64,000 nucleotides of DNA, taken from the sequence record MZ417521. One strand, 5' to 3'. Source of the DNA: Escherichia phage 132. The notes under the pieces are model-generated. The model was not told the origin of the DNA. It made no database searches and saw only the letters and a program-made list of their open reading frames with translations. This document shows positions 38,491 through 48,059 of this stretch, in pieces. Made by a program: the position numbers and the translations under genes. The stretch's first letter is position 1. Every line of letters starts with the position of its first letter.

Positions 38491-38658
38491 GAGTTTAATT
38501 TCCTTAGCAACTGAACTAAATACAGCACGGTCACAAATCATGTGTTTGTTCCATTTAAGTACAGTATAATGAACATCTAGATCATCTACTGCTGTAACAA
38601 TAACAATATGTCCGTTAACACGATAATACTGATCCTTTTTAATCTCTTTATCAACCAT
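38483..38658 (-). CDS. small hypothetical protein, 58 aa; below the ORF-track cutoff
   Basis: ATG at 38656-38658 preceded by GAGGA; stop overlaps the next start; hand-translated. Confidence 0.3.
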
Positions 38659-38688
38659 ATCAAATCCTCAAAGGCAATTCATATGTTA

Positions 38689-38718
38689 ATAATACCACAG
38701 TTTGAACTTCTTGTAAAC
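38689..38718 (-). promoter_or_regulatory. T4-type early promoter (-10 TATTAT)
   Basis: gtaaac 38713-38718, ataata 38689-38694 on plus strand. Confidence 0.45.
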
Positions 38719-38789
38719 AACTTTGTGAAATTATTTTAGGGAATGATAAGAAGTGAATGATAGTTAGAATGGTAATATACAGAATGTGA

Positions 38790-38810
38790 GAAAGAAAGGC
38801 CCAGAGGGCC
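38790..38810 (-). terminator. intrinsic terminator downstream of nrdH
   Basis: ggcccagagggcc hairpin at 38798-38810 with U-rich tract following on the transcript. Confidence 0.55.
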
Positions 38811-38814
38811 CGTC

Positions 38815-39123
38815 TTAGTCTTCTATGATATCTCTATCATATCCAAGTGAAATGAGAGTTTCTTTGAAGTGTTTAATGTTCTTTTGTCTAGAATCATTAA
38901 TGAAAATGACTGGATAACGAATGTTAAGAGATGTGAATCCAGCGCGTTTAGCAAGAGATACAATCAGTGGACGATCATACTCAATCTTACCATTATTTGT
39001 AAGAACTTTATAGAAAGTAAAAGGAGCATTGAGCTCCTTTAGAAGTTTTGTAACTGATTGACATCCAGGACAACGACCTACTTCATCTGGAATTCCATAG
39101 ACTTCAATCTTATTTTGTTTCAC
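38815..39123 (-). CDS. nrdH: glutaredoxin-like protein NrdH, 102 aa
   Basis: CPGC redox motif; T4 NrdH length; GTG start with AAGGA upstream. Confidence 0.7.
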   Translation of the reverse strand: MKQNKIEVYGIPDEVGRCPGCQSVTKLLKELNAPFTFYKVLTNNGKIEYDRPLIVSLAKRAGFTSLNIRYPVIFINDSRQKNIKHFKETLISLGYDRDIIED

Positions 39124-39125
39124 AA

Positions 39126-39338
39126 CTATTCCTTACTAAGAGCAGCATTCAGCTTGTTAGTAATTTTATCCAGACGCTTATTGAACTCACTAGAAGATAA
39201 GCCTTTTTCTGGAGAAATTAAGCTAATCACGAAAAATATAGCAATAAAAGGAATAAGAAAAATAGCACCAACTGCCATAAACAAAAAGAACGTTACAGTT
39301 GTAAGAAAATCAGCTAAACCTTTACGAAATTTATACAT
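39126..39338 (-). CDS. small membrane protein, 70 aa
   Basis: ATG ORF; central hydrophobic helix. Confidence 0.45.
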   Translation of the reverse strand: MYKFRKGLADFLTTVTFFLFMAVGAIFLIPFIAIFFVISLISPEKGLSSSEFNKRLDKITNKLNAALSKE

Positions 39339-39453
39339 ATTTTACCCTTAATTGATTAACCAAGCATTGATAAGCACTAAACTATATTGCGAATAAAATT
39401 CTGGACCAAAATGAAAAATCATATCATTTATAGTATCCATAATATAATTCAAT

Positions 39454-39924
39454 TTAATCATGTTTCCACACCCCATCAGTATTTGACCAAAGCCGCTGAT
39501 TATCTGATCCTCGCCACAGCTTTTTAGTCGGAAGATTTTTCTTATACTTCCCATCAATAATAACATCAACATATTTAAGCATTTCTAGTTGTTTAATATC
39601 TTCAAACTTATATCCTGTCCACAACCAAATGCTTTTATTGGGATAAAGATTTTTTACTGTTTGAACGATGCAATGAATAACATCTCGGTTATCAGGATAG
39701 AGAGGGTCACCTCCGGTTATAGTCAATCCTTCTATATAATCATTATTCAAACATTCAATCAATTGTTCTAGTGTTTCACCAGTGAATGGAATACCATTTC
39801 TAGCATTCCATGTTGATTTATTATAACACCCTTCACATTTATGCAAACAACCTGTAACGAAAAGAACGACCCTGCATCCAGGACCATTAACAAAGCAGCA
39901 CGGGTATATTCTGTCATAATTCAT
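39454..39924 (-). CDS. nrdG: anaerobic ribonucleotide reductase activating protein NrdG (radical SAM)
   Basis: CxxxCxxC cluster motif (CLHKCEGC); start set to ATG 39922-39924; position next to nrdD. Confidence 0.8.
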   Translation of the reverse strand: MNYDRIYPCCFVNGPGCRVVLFVTGCLHKCEGCYNKSTWNARNGIPFTGETLEQLIECLNNDYIEGLTITGGDPLYPDNRDVIHCIVQTVKNLYPNKSIWLWTGYKFEDIKQLEMLKYVDVIIDGKYKKNLPTKKLWRGSDNQRLWSNTDGVWKHD

Positions 39925-40751
39925 AATAATATCCAATTTTTCCAAGCTTCATCAGTAGAATTACAGCGTTTTAGTATAAGATGTCTAGAAACTTTTATGG
40001 CATTTGAGCACTTTTTAATTGAATCATATTTAATACCGTCAACTGAAACGGTTTTGCTAGTTGGAGAAATTTTTCCATACATTGGATTTTTTGAACCAAC
40101 TTGAAGTCCTTTTAAAGCTTTTGAAAGCTTTTGTCTAGATTCCAATGACATGGGAGAATTCTTTTTACCTTCAATAATTCGCTTGCGATGAAGTTCGCGT
40201 TCTTCTTCACTCAAAGAATTGTAATATTTTTTAACACCGTTTGATATAGATAATTTATCTTTCTCAGACCGCTCTCCAGCTAATTTACTTCTAACATCTT
40301 TTCGCTTCATAGCTATGCTTACGGCTTTATTTAAATTTGCTTGATGCTCTGGCGTACGTTTATATTTCTTTAAAGCACGTGAAATAGCTATTTTAGTTTC
40401 TTCTGTTCTCTTTTTACCTTTATTTGCTAAACTATTTTTGTGGCGATGTTCAAGTGTCTGTTCATAAGCAGTTCCACCTTTTCCACCGGGTTTAATATTA
40501 TATGTATTTTCTTTTAGACAATACTCTTCGGTTACAAGTTCAGCTTCTTTATCATACATTTGTTTTTCATTATCAAAAACATGTAAAATTTCTTTATTAA
40601 AATTTTTTCTACCATATTTTAATAAAGCGGCACGAATCAATGTTCCTGATCCCATATAACCGTCATTTATGTTATCGGTGCTATGCGCACCGATATATTC
40701 CTTTGAATTAATTATATTTGTTATTTTATAAATTATATAATACCTATGCAT
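39921..40751 (-). CDS. free-standing GIY-YIG homing endonuclease (seg-like), 276 aa
   Basis: N-terminal GIY-YIG motif (YIIYKITN...EYIGAHS); basic C-terminal repeats typical of NUMOD-type DNA-binding tails; wedged between nrdG and nrdD with overlaps on both sides. Confidence 0.75.
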   Translation of the reverse strand: MHRYYIIYKITNIINSKEYIGAHSTDNINDGYMGSGTLIRAALLKYGRKNFNKEILHVFDNEKQMYDKEAELVTEEYCLKENTYNIKPGGKGGTAYEQTLEHRHKNSLANKGKKRTEETKIAISRALKKYKRTPEHQANLNKAVSIAMKRKDVRSKLAGERSEKDKLSISNGVKKYYNSLSEEERELHRKRIIEGKKNSPMSLESRQKLSKALKGLQVGSKNPMYGKISPTSKTVSVDGIKYDSIKKCSNAIKVSRHLILKRCNSTDEAWKNWILL

Positions 40752-42561
40752 GTTTTACTCGTTTTACCATTTCTTTCATTTTACCTAAATTCCATGGAAC
40801 AACGCTAGGAGTTCCAAGATATCCGCATGTTCTTCTTATGGTGTTCATCTTTTTAGGATCAGTTTCTCCACAAATAGAACAAACAAATCCGTTTTCAGTA
40901 GGAGTCATTTCATGGGTACTTCCGCATGTAAAACATTTATCTACTGGCATATTAACACCAAAATAATCTAAATGTTGTGCAGCATAATCCCATACAGCCT
41001 CAAGACCCTTTAGGTTATTTTTCATATCAGGAAGTTCAACATAAGAAATGTGACCACCTGTCGCAATGAAATGATATGGGGCTTCGCGAGAAATCTTTTC
41101 AAATGGAGTAATATTTTCTTCTACTGAAACGTGGAAACTGTTAGTGTACCAGCCTTTATCGGTAACATCTTTTACACTTCCATATTTTTCGGTATCAAGT
41201 TTACAGAAGCGATAGCACAGGTTTTCAGCAGGAGTAGAATACAAACTAAAAGCAAAACCAGTTCTTTCAGTCCATTGTTTAAGATGAGTATTCATTTTAG
41301 TTAAAATTTCTTGTCCAATATCACGACCAACAAGAATATTCAATTCGTGAATACCAATGTATCCTAGGGACACTGAACTTCTACCGTTTTTAAATAACTC
41401 AATTATGTCATCGTCAGGTTTAAGACGAACCCCGAATGCACCTTCTTGGTAAAGAATAGGAGCAACAGTCGCTTTAACTCCTTTTAAGGAACTAATTCTA
41501 CACATCAATACTTCAAAACATAAATCCATTCGTTCATTGAACAATTCAGTAAATTTCTGTTCATTGAACTGTGTTCCAATATAAGAATCTAACGCAATAC
41601 GAGGAAGATTCAGTGTTACAACACCAAGATTATTACGTCCATCAAGAATTTCATTACCAGTCGAATCTTTCCATACGCCCAAGAAACTACGGCAACCCAT
41701 TGGAGAAACAGGAATAGATGAACCTGTGATAGCTTTATTGTTCTTAGCCGAAATGATGTCAGGATACATTCTTTTGCTTGCACACTCTAGAGCAAGCTGC
41801 TTAATATCATAGTTCGGATCGTCTTTATAAAGATTAACACCTTCTTCAACGAACATAACAAGCTTAGGGAAAATAGGAGTTATCCCATCACGACCGAGAC
41901 CTTTAATGCGATTTTTCAGAATTGCTTTCTGAATCATTCGTTCAGTCCAGTCAGTTCCCGTACCAAATGTAATTGTTACAAAAGGCGTTTGTCCGTTTGA
42001 ACTAAAGAGAGTATTTACTTCATATTCATAAGCTTGGAACGCATCGTATACGTCTTTTTCTGTTTTAGACTGGGCGTAATTCAACGCGTCAGCGATTTGC
42101 CATTTTTCTGCGTCCTCAATATGTTTTGCATAGGTGCGTTTAACATAAGGAGAAAGGACTTTATCTACATTCGCAAAAGTCGTTCCACCATATTGATGGG
42201 AAGCAACCTGTGCAGTAATTTGTGCCATAATTGCAGTAGCAACGCCAATTGATTTAGGAGTTTCAATCTGTGCATTACCGAGCTTAAATCCGTTCTCAAG
42301 CATTCCTTTTAAATCTACTAAACAGCAATTAGTAAATGGAAGAGCAGGGGAATAATCAATATCGTGGAAATGGATAATTCCGCTTTCATGCGCTTTCATA
42401 ATAAAAGACGGGACCATATTTTTGGCAATGTGTTTAGACACAATACCAGCCATAAGGTCCCGTTGAGTTGGAAAAACACGAGAATCTTTATTAGCATTCT
42501 CGTTTAAAAGGTCTTTATTAGTTTTATGAATTAATCCTTCAATTTCTTTTTCAATTGTCAT
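40744..42561 (-). CDS. nrdD: anaerobic ribonucleotide reductase NrdD (glycyl radical enzyme), 605 aa, intronless
   Basis: C-terminal glycyl radical motif RRTCGYLG and zinc ribbon (CFTCGS...CSICG); T4 NrdD length as one ORF. Confidence 0.9.
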   Translation of the reverse strand: MTIEKEIEGLIHKTNKDLLNENANKDSRVFPTQRDLMAGIVSKHIAKNMVPSFIMKAHESGIIHFHDIDYSPALPFTNCCLVDLKGMLENGFKLGNAQIETPKSIGVATAIMAQITAQVASHQYGGTTFANVDKVLSPYVKRTYAKHIEDAEKWQIADALNYAQSKTEKDVYDAFQAYEYEVNTLFSSNGQTPFVTITFGTGTDWTERMIQKAILKNRIKGLGRDGITPIFPKLVMFVEEGVNLYKDDPNYDIKQLALECASKRMYPDIISAKNNKAITGSSIPVSPMGCRSFLGVWKDSTGNEILDGRNNLGVVTLNLPRIALDSYIGTQFNEQKFTELFNERMDLCFEVLMCRISSLKGVKATVAPILYQEGAFGVRLKPDDDIIELFKNGRSSVSLGYIGIHELNILVGRDIGQEILTKMNTHLKQWTERTGFAFSLYSTPAENLCYRFCKLDTEKYGSVKDVTDKGWYTNSFHVSVEENITPFEKISREAPYHFIATGGHISYVELPDMKNNLKGLEAVWDYAAQHLDYFGVNMPVDKCFTCGSTHEMTPTENGFVCSICGETDPKKMNTIRRTCGYLGTPSVVPWNLGKMKEMVKRVKHA

Positions 42562-43031
42562 TTTAAACTCTTTCTAAGCTGCTTCTTAAATGAAGCTATT
42601 AATTGTGTTTTAGTGTCAGATTCATTATATTCAAATCCTCTTTGAAGCATCTCAGCCATCATTTCCTCTTTTCCTAAACGAGAAAATTCCTTTGATTTAT
42701 CTCCAACAAAGTTAGGGTGAATATTATTTTGGGTGTAATCGGATTTTAAATAAGTAAGTAAATTTTCTAACCATTCAAGATAATCAACACCTTGTCCCTT
42801 TAAGCCAGAACGATTAAATTTGTGTTTCATTTGACCTTCTGCTGCATTACAGAGATTACAGAGCAATCCACGTACCTTTCCAGCTTTCGGTCCATTTAAT
42901 TCATGGTCATGGTCAAGGTGATTAGCTTGAACATCAGGATTTAATTCTCGTTGGCAAATTAAGCATTTACCGTTTTGTGCATTATAAAATTTTTGTTTTT
43001 CTTCTTTGTATAATTTGCCAGTCAATAACAT
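42558..43031 (-). CDS. 49: endonuclease VII (Holliday junction resolvase), 157 aa
   Basis: zinc-binding N-terminus (CLICQ...HLDHDH) and T4 gp49 length. Confidence 0.85.
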   Translation of the reverse strand: MLLTGKLYKEEKQKFYNAQNGKCLICQRELNPDVQANHLDHDHELNGPKAGKVRGLLCNLCNAAEGQMKHKFNRSGLKGQGVDYLEWLENLLTYLKSDYTQNNIHPNFVGDKSKEFSRLGKEEMMAEMLQRGFEYNESDTKTQLIASFKKQLRKSLK

Positions 43032-43080
43032 AATAAAACCCTTACCTTAAATAGATAAGGGTATTTATTATTTTCAAGTA

Positions 43081-43527
43081 TTAAAACGCTCGGTCAGAAA
43101 AAGAAATTTGAGTTTCAAGCCATTCAATATATTCTGCCGCAGCTTGCATCAAATTTCCTTCATAACCATCGTTATTTTCTTGCGCAGCCAATTTAGCTAA
43201 TGCATATGAAATGCGTTCACCTTGAAAAGCGGCTTTAGGTTTATGAATAGCTTGATCAACTCGTTCTACAACTTCTTCAATTTCGCCATTTTCTACTGAT
43301 TCAGTATTCCACAAGCACCAATACGTAATTGGCTTATCATAGATGTTAATAATCTTTCCGTCAGAAAGTTCAATTTCAATAATTCCAGTATCAGGTTCTA
43401 TATCATCTTCGCATTCTTTTGCAAGTTCACGAACTTTAAAGACAGTACCTGCACTAAGTTCCGGCCAGTAATTACACAACCCTATATCAGCACGATTAAT
43501 TCTAAACCACTTATCTACTGTAATCAT
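43081..43527 (-). CDS. hypothetical protein, about 148 aa (position of T4 pin)
   Basis: track start is TTG; ATG at 43525-43527 preceded by GGAGA. Confidence 0.4.
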   Translation of the reverse strand: MITVDKWFRINRADIGLCNYWPELSAGTVFKVRELAKECEDDIEPDTGIIEIELSDGKIINIYDKPITYWCLWNTESVENGEIEEVVERVDQAIHKPKAAFQGERISYALAKLAAQENNDGYEGNLMQAAAEYIEWLETQISFSDRAF

Positions 43528-43650
43528 GTCCCATCTCCATATCAATTAAGTCATTTATCGTTGGTTCATTATATACTGTTTCTTCATCAGTGTAAACCGG
43601 TTCTTCCGGCTCTGGCTCTACTGTTTCCCATCTAGCCGTCCACCAAGGTT

Positions 43651-43959
43651 TTATAGCGTAATCCATTCTCGTACTGTCTGAGTTACTACACGTTCTCGTA
43701 GTTCAACTAACTCAACAGTTGGAACTGCATAATACCAGTCAGAATGATAAGAACCTGAACGGCATTCATTTACGGAAACATGTACATTATGTTTTGGGCT
43801 AAAATAAACACACTGCCGATATTGGCATTTGCCATCTTGTACCCAGTCTTCTATTTCGACGGGTTTAAGATAATCCGAAAAATCGAAATCATAATTTTCT
43901 GAAAATGCATCATGGTCTTCGATTATTTCACTCAAAACTGCATCAACATCGTAAATCAT
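43651..43959 (-). CDS. hypothetical protein, 102 aa
   Basis: ATG ORF. Confidence 0.45.
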   Translation of the reverse strand: MIYDVDAVLSEIIEDHDAFSENYDFDFSDYLKPVEIEDWVQDGKCQYRQCVYFSPKHNVHVSVNECRSGSYHSDWYYAVPTVELVELRERVVTQTVREWITL

Positions 43960-43961
43960 AT

Positions 43962-44177
43962 TTACCCCAGTTTAACCATACAATCGCCATATTTCCATTT
44001 AGAAATAGACTTTTCACCATTAGAATAATAAACTTCGAGTTTAGCGCGGCCATTTTTAATTTGAATAACCTTTGCTGTCATCAAAGTTCCATATCCATAA
44101 TAAACTGCAACCTCATCACCCACATATACCGCGCTTCCGCGGTAGTCATGGATATAATCAGTTCCTTCAAGCATCAT
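43962..44177 (-). CDS. small hypothetical protein, 71 aa
   Basis: ATG ORF overlapping nrdC stop. Confidence 0.45.
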   Translation of the reverse strand: MMLEGTDYIHDYRGSAVYVGDEVAVYYGYGTLMTAKVIQIKNGRAKLEVYYSNGEKSISKWKYGDCMVKLG

Positions 44178-44437
44178 TTAAAGTATTCCCGCAATTGGTC
44201 AAATCCACCAATATGACTTCCATCAGGAGCAAATACTTGTGGCATCGTCAAACCAATTTGAGTATCACGACCTAGTTTAGTCAGAAGCTCAGCGATTTTC
44301 TCATCATCAAAAACACCTTTTTCCGGCATAATGTTGATAAATTCAAACGGCTGTTTCTTCACGGTCAAAAGACGTTTTGCATTATCGCAATACACACATT
44401 TGTGGATGTTGCTATCATAACCATATACTTTAAACAT
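44174..44437 (-). CDS. nrdC: thioredoxin/glutaredoxin NrdC, 87 aa
   Basis: CVYC active-site motif; T4 NrdC length. Confidence 0.8.
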   Translation of the reverse strand: MFKVYGYDSNIHKCVYCDNAKRLLTVKKQPFEFINIMPEKGVFDDEKIAELLTKLGRDTQIGLTMPQVFAPDGSHIGGFDQLREYFK

Positions 44438-44438
44438 A

Positions 44439-44681
44439 TTATTCCTTAATTCCTAGTACTTGTTTAAAAATCTCGTCATAATCAAGACTTTGGCCCGTTT
44501 GTTCTTTATGTTTGTATATAATATCACTTACTTCTGATAGCATATTTTTATATGAACGAGTTAAAGCAGATTTAAGAACGCTATATCTATCAGGAAATTT
44601 ACCGTGTTCATTATAATAAGCTATTGCTAATTCACGGACTGCTTTTTCAGCAATCTCCATATATTCTTTACGCTTGGTCAT
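44439..44681 (-). CDS. small hypothetical protein, about 80 aa
   Basis: track start is TTG; ATG at 44679-44681. Confidence 0.4.
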   Translation of the reverse strand: MTKRKEYMEIAEKAVRELAIAYYNEHGKFPDRYSVLKSALTRSYKNMLSEVSDIIYKHKEQTGQSLDYDEIFKQVLGIKE

Positions 44682-44985
44682 TTTCTTCTCTCTCAAATCG
44701 GTGTTTGCAATGACGACATTTATATTCAAGCTCTGGTTTACGCCAGTTAATCAATTGGACCTGTTCAGTACCACATTTTGGGCAGTTCGGAACATTCTTA
44801 GAAGCCCTTTCGCGGCGTTCAACCATAACCATAATGGCATCCCAAGCAGGAGGTTTAAAGTCTAGATCGTCACAGCCATGAATCTTTCCACGCATTTCTA
44901 AATCGTCTTCTTCACCAGCCATAATAATTTTAATTAGACTGGAATTACTTGAAGCTGCAATATCTTCTAATAAGCGCTTTTTCAT
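44668..44985 (-). CDS. small zinc-ribbon protein, 105 aa
   Basis: ATG preceded by GAGG; C-terminal CPKCG...CRHCKH. Confidence 0.45.
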   Translation of the reverse strand: MKKRLLEDIAASSNSSLIKIIMAGEEDDLEMRGKIHGCDDLDFKPPAWDAIMVMVERRERASKNVPNCPKCGTEQVQLINWRKPELEYKCRHCKHRFEREENDQA

Positions 44986-45911
44986 TTCAATACCTCAATA
45001 GCATTACGTAAACCATTTGCTTTGGCGGTTAAAGCCTTAAGAACTTTAGTATGCTCTTCAATCTGTTTTTCAACTTCAATTAAGCGTGTATTAAGATATT
45101 CGCGTTCTTCACTCAGGTTATCAATCTTTTCTACTTTAGGTTCTTTTACAACTGGCTTATATGTATTAGGATTCTTCAGTTTAATTAGAATGCGTGAACT
45201 GTATAACATTGAACCATTATCTTCGGTTTCGTCATACATTTCTACTACGTCCATAATTTTTAACATCATGCGGAGTTTATAAGACAACGAACGAATAGTT
45301 TTGTTGTGCTTATTAATTTCTCTAGCGTTCATGGTGCCGAGATTACGTGAGTAATAATAAGGAACCTGGATATTAATTAATACTGATGAACCACCTGGCT
45401 TGTGTGTTACTTCATCAGCAATAACCCAGTCCTTAACATGAACTGTATTTGTACGGTCATCGCCCGCAGTAAATAGTTTACGAGCATGCTTAAAAAGCAT
45501 ATTCACTTGGTCATTGAATTGACAAGCGAATTTATCAGCAAATTTAGTTTCAGGAATGGTAGATAACCAATCAGCCAAATGGGTCTTTTTAACATCGTTA
45601 ACAATAGTAAATTCAACCAAATCGGTTATAGATGTCGCAGATTTAATGAAGCTCGGCTTCATAAAGTTTTTAATGTTATCGCGAGCTACGGTAGAAGATA
45701 ACATACGAGAACGTTTAAACCATTCAAGCAAATTGCCTAACGAATGAGAATAAGCGTTTTGAGTATCTTTACAGATATGATTTTCCTGGCCAACATATTG
45801 AAGGAAATCACGAAGAATATTATTGATTACTGCTCTGTGCCCGATTTGATAATTACGGTGTTTAGTAATAAGACTGTCAAAATAATCAATATAATGTTTA
45901 CGAGTTTTCAT
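44982..45911 (-). CDS. tandem paralog family member 1 (309 aa) with C-terminal coiled coil
   Basis: ATG ORF; shares core blocks and a C-terminal heptad-repeat helix with the next three genes. Confidence 0.6.
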   Translation of the reverse strand: MKTRKHYIDYFDSLITKHRNYQIGHRAVINNILRDFLQYVGQENHICKDTQNAYSHSLGNLLEWFKRSRMLSSTVARDNIKNFMKPSFIKSATSITDLVEFTIVNDVKKTHLADWLSTIPETKFADKFACQFNDQVNMLFKHARKLFTAGDDRTNTVHVKDWVIADEVTHKPGGSSVLINIQVPYYYSRNLGTMNAREINKHNKTIRSLSYKLRMMLKIMDVVEMYDETEDNGSMLYSSRILIKLKNPNTYKPVVKEPKVEKIDNLSEEREYLNTRLIEVEKQIEEHTKVLKALTAKANGLRNAIEVLK

Positions 45912-45963
45912 GTTCTTCTCACTTAGTTAATGATTTATACTCCGAGCCATCCTTGGCTTTAAA

Positions 45964-46965
45964 TTACTTAATTAACTGTAAAGCTTGTTCAAGACGATCC
46001 AGGCGATTAACAGATTCTTCCCAAATCCTTTTAGCCTGTTCATATTCTTTCTGCGCTTTATTAGAAATTTCTAGAGCTTCTTTATAAGCTTTTTCTAATG
46101 CAATAACTTCTGGACGAATTTCTACCGATTCAGGTGAATCATCAAGATTATCCATTAATTCCTCAAGGGTAGTTTCTTCTTTAGGAGTATTCACAATTTC
46201 TTCGCATTTTTGTTGGTAAATTTCTTTATCAGTTAGTGAATAAGCACACTTTACTTCACGAAGACTAACTACAATTTTGTATCCTTCCCAACCGCACACA
46301 TTCTTAAAAGGATAAGTATGAATATTTTCTACTGTTTCCATACAAAGTAGTGCAGTCTCTAATTGACGAGTTATATCACTAGCAATTGAGAAAAATTTAT
46401 TAATGTTCTTTTGATTAGCTTCTGGTGTAAAAAATCCATAATTCACAAAAATAGCTGCTTTATTTTTATCAAGTTCATATTCTTTTATGATAATCATATC
46501 AGAAGCCCAAGGATGAATTTGACGATAATCGCCATAGCATAATTTAGAAGCTGATTTTAGAATTTGCTTTTTGAAAAGTCTGAAATTACTAATCCAACGA
46601 CGAGTAAAAATATTCTCAGGGTCTTCTTTAATATTAAGATGATAAGAATTAACATCACCGAACCAATTATATCCTACTACATCTTTAGTTCGTTTAATTT
46701 CTTTCCCAAATTTACCAAGAATATCTTGATTAACTAAATATGAAAGAAGACGAGAACCTTTAAATGTTTCCTTAATGTCATCTTTATATTCGCGACTAGA
46801 AATTTTATGAACTTCATGGATAAATTTGCTGGAAGAAACAATGCTTACATCAATATTATTGAGCCATTGATTGATAATGGAAATCACGCTATTCTGACTA
46901 GACACAGGTTTAACTTTATCATCAATAACGCTGTTGAATGATTTGATATATTCATTACGAGTCAT
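45964..46965 (-). CDS. tandem paralog family member 2 (333 aa)
   Basis: ATG preceded by GAGGAG; block FTRRWISNFRLFKKQILKSASKL aligns with RIEWRFIALFRRQLKQILSTASRL of member 3. Confidence 0.6.
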   Translation of the reverse strand: MTRNEYIKSFNSVIDDKVKPVSSQNSVISIINQWLNNIDVSIVSSSKFIHEVHKISSREYKDDIKETFKGSRLLSYLVNQDILGKFGKEIKRTKDVVGYNWFGDVNSYHLNIKEDPENIFTRRWISNFRLFKKQILKSASKLCYGDYRQIHPWASDMIIIKEYELDKNKAAIFVNYGFFTPEANQKNINKFFSIASDITRQLETALLCMETVENIHTYPFKNVCGWEGYKIVVSLREVKCAYSLTDKEIYQQKCEEIVNTPKEETTLEELMDNLDDSPESVEIRPEVIALEKAYKEALEISNKAQKEYEQAKRIWEESVNRLDRLEQALQLIK

Positions 46966-46993
46966 ATTAATCTCCTCAGTAGAAAGTAAGAAT

Positions 46994-47023
46994 ATTATAC
47001 CACATCCCTGTGGTAAAGTAAAC
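46994..47023 (-). promoter_or_regulatory. T4-type early promoter; near-identical copy of the promoter at 2419-2448
   Basis: gtaaac 47018-47023, attata 46994-46999; about 32 bp (attataccacatccctgtggtaaagtaaacta) differ by one base from 2419-2450. Confidence 0.55.
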
Positions 47024-48051
47024 TAGTTCAGTGCATTTAGTGCATTGTTCAGTTTAGAACGTTGCTTCGTGAGATTTTTGACTTTTTCTTGAGCTTTTTC
47101 TAGTGCCTTTTCAACTTCTAACATTTCATTAGTTGCTTTAACGAGTTCATCATCTACTGCTTTAAGAGACTTCTCAATCGCATCTGCATGCCATTTTTCA
47201 ACAGGTTTAAGACTCGGATTTTCAATAGGAAGAAAATTCACTTTATTGAATTTCCATGCATCCTTATTACCTGAACTATACATCCAAAATTTAGGATCGT
47301 TTGATGAGTAATTGGATAAATTTAAATTTAAGTTATCTTGCACTTCTTGCTTTTTCTCTTGCGTGACTTCGTCCTTTCTCAAAAAATCGTATTTAAATGA
47401 AACGATCATATCAAGTTCATACGTTGTTGTATGTTCCCAATTTCGCTCAAAATGAGGTAAAATCTTAGACTGAACAGCGGCAACAACATCCATATACTTA
47501 AATGCTTCTGTTAACTGCGATTTAAGGCATTCGCAAATTGAAAGAGAATTTTTTGTATTAGGTTTAAAGCTAATTCGTGCAGTTCTATTATTTTCTTTTA
47601 ATGGTCTTACTTCCATCTGAAGAGTATAACCATCAAATTTCAGATTCTTTAAGTTAATATCAGAACCTTTTAATCGACTCGCAGTTGATAAAATTTGCTT
47701 TAATTGTCTACGGAACAGAGCAATAAATCTCCATTCAATACGATAATGATTTGGATTGAAAAATCCAGATGATAAATCGACCTTACTTTGACCAACGCCT
47801 TGAACAAATAGAGGATTTTTATAATCAATAGTTTTACAGAAATCGGTAAGCTGCTCACGAGCCGTCATTTGTGTAATATACCCTGCTTCGCTAAAATTAC
47901 GCACCCATTCGCTGCTGTTCAGATGCTTAAAGGCATGAATGGAACAATTAACTTTATCAGGGTCTAAATTATTTTGGCACAAAAATGTCATAACGTCACG
48001 AGTATAGCTGGCATTACGAACCATATCTTCAATTTGAGAACGAGTTTTCAT
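47023..48051 (-). CDS. tandem paralog family member 3 (342 aa)
   Basis: ATG ORF; conserved core plus C-terminal coiled coil. Confidence 0.6.
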   Translation of the reverse strand: MKTRSQIEDMVRNASYTRDVMTFLCQNNLDPDKVNCSIHAFKHLNSSEWVRNFSEAGYITQMTAREQLTDFCKTIDYKNPLFVQGVGQSKVDLSSGFFNPNHYRIEWRFIALFRRQLKQILSTASRLKGSDINLKNLKFDGYTLQMEVRPLKENNRTARISFKPNTKNSLSICECLKSQLTEAFKYMDVVAAVQSKILPHFERNWEHTTTYELDMIVSFKYDFLRKDEVTQEKKQEVQDNLNLNLSNYSSNDPKFWMYSSGNKDAWKFNKVNFLPIENPSLKPVEKWHADAIEKSLKAVDDELVKATNEMLEVEKALEKAQEKVKNLTKQRSKLNNALNALN

Positions 48052-48059
48052 GGTGTTCC

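Noticed and set aside
39348-39572. Minus-strand alternative-frame ORFs overlapping real genes (39348-39572 in nrdG; 24807-24992 and 26013-26204 in gene 43; 32086-32349 in gene 46; 5252-5446; 22529-22723; 52545-52739; 57652-57837; 61524-61739; 34178-34399)
   Set aside because: Embedded in or largely overlapping genes that have recognisable products; no independent support.
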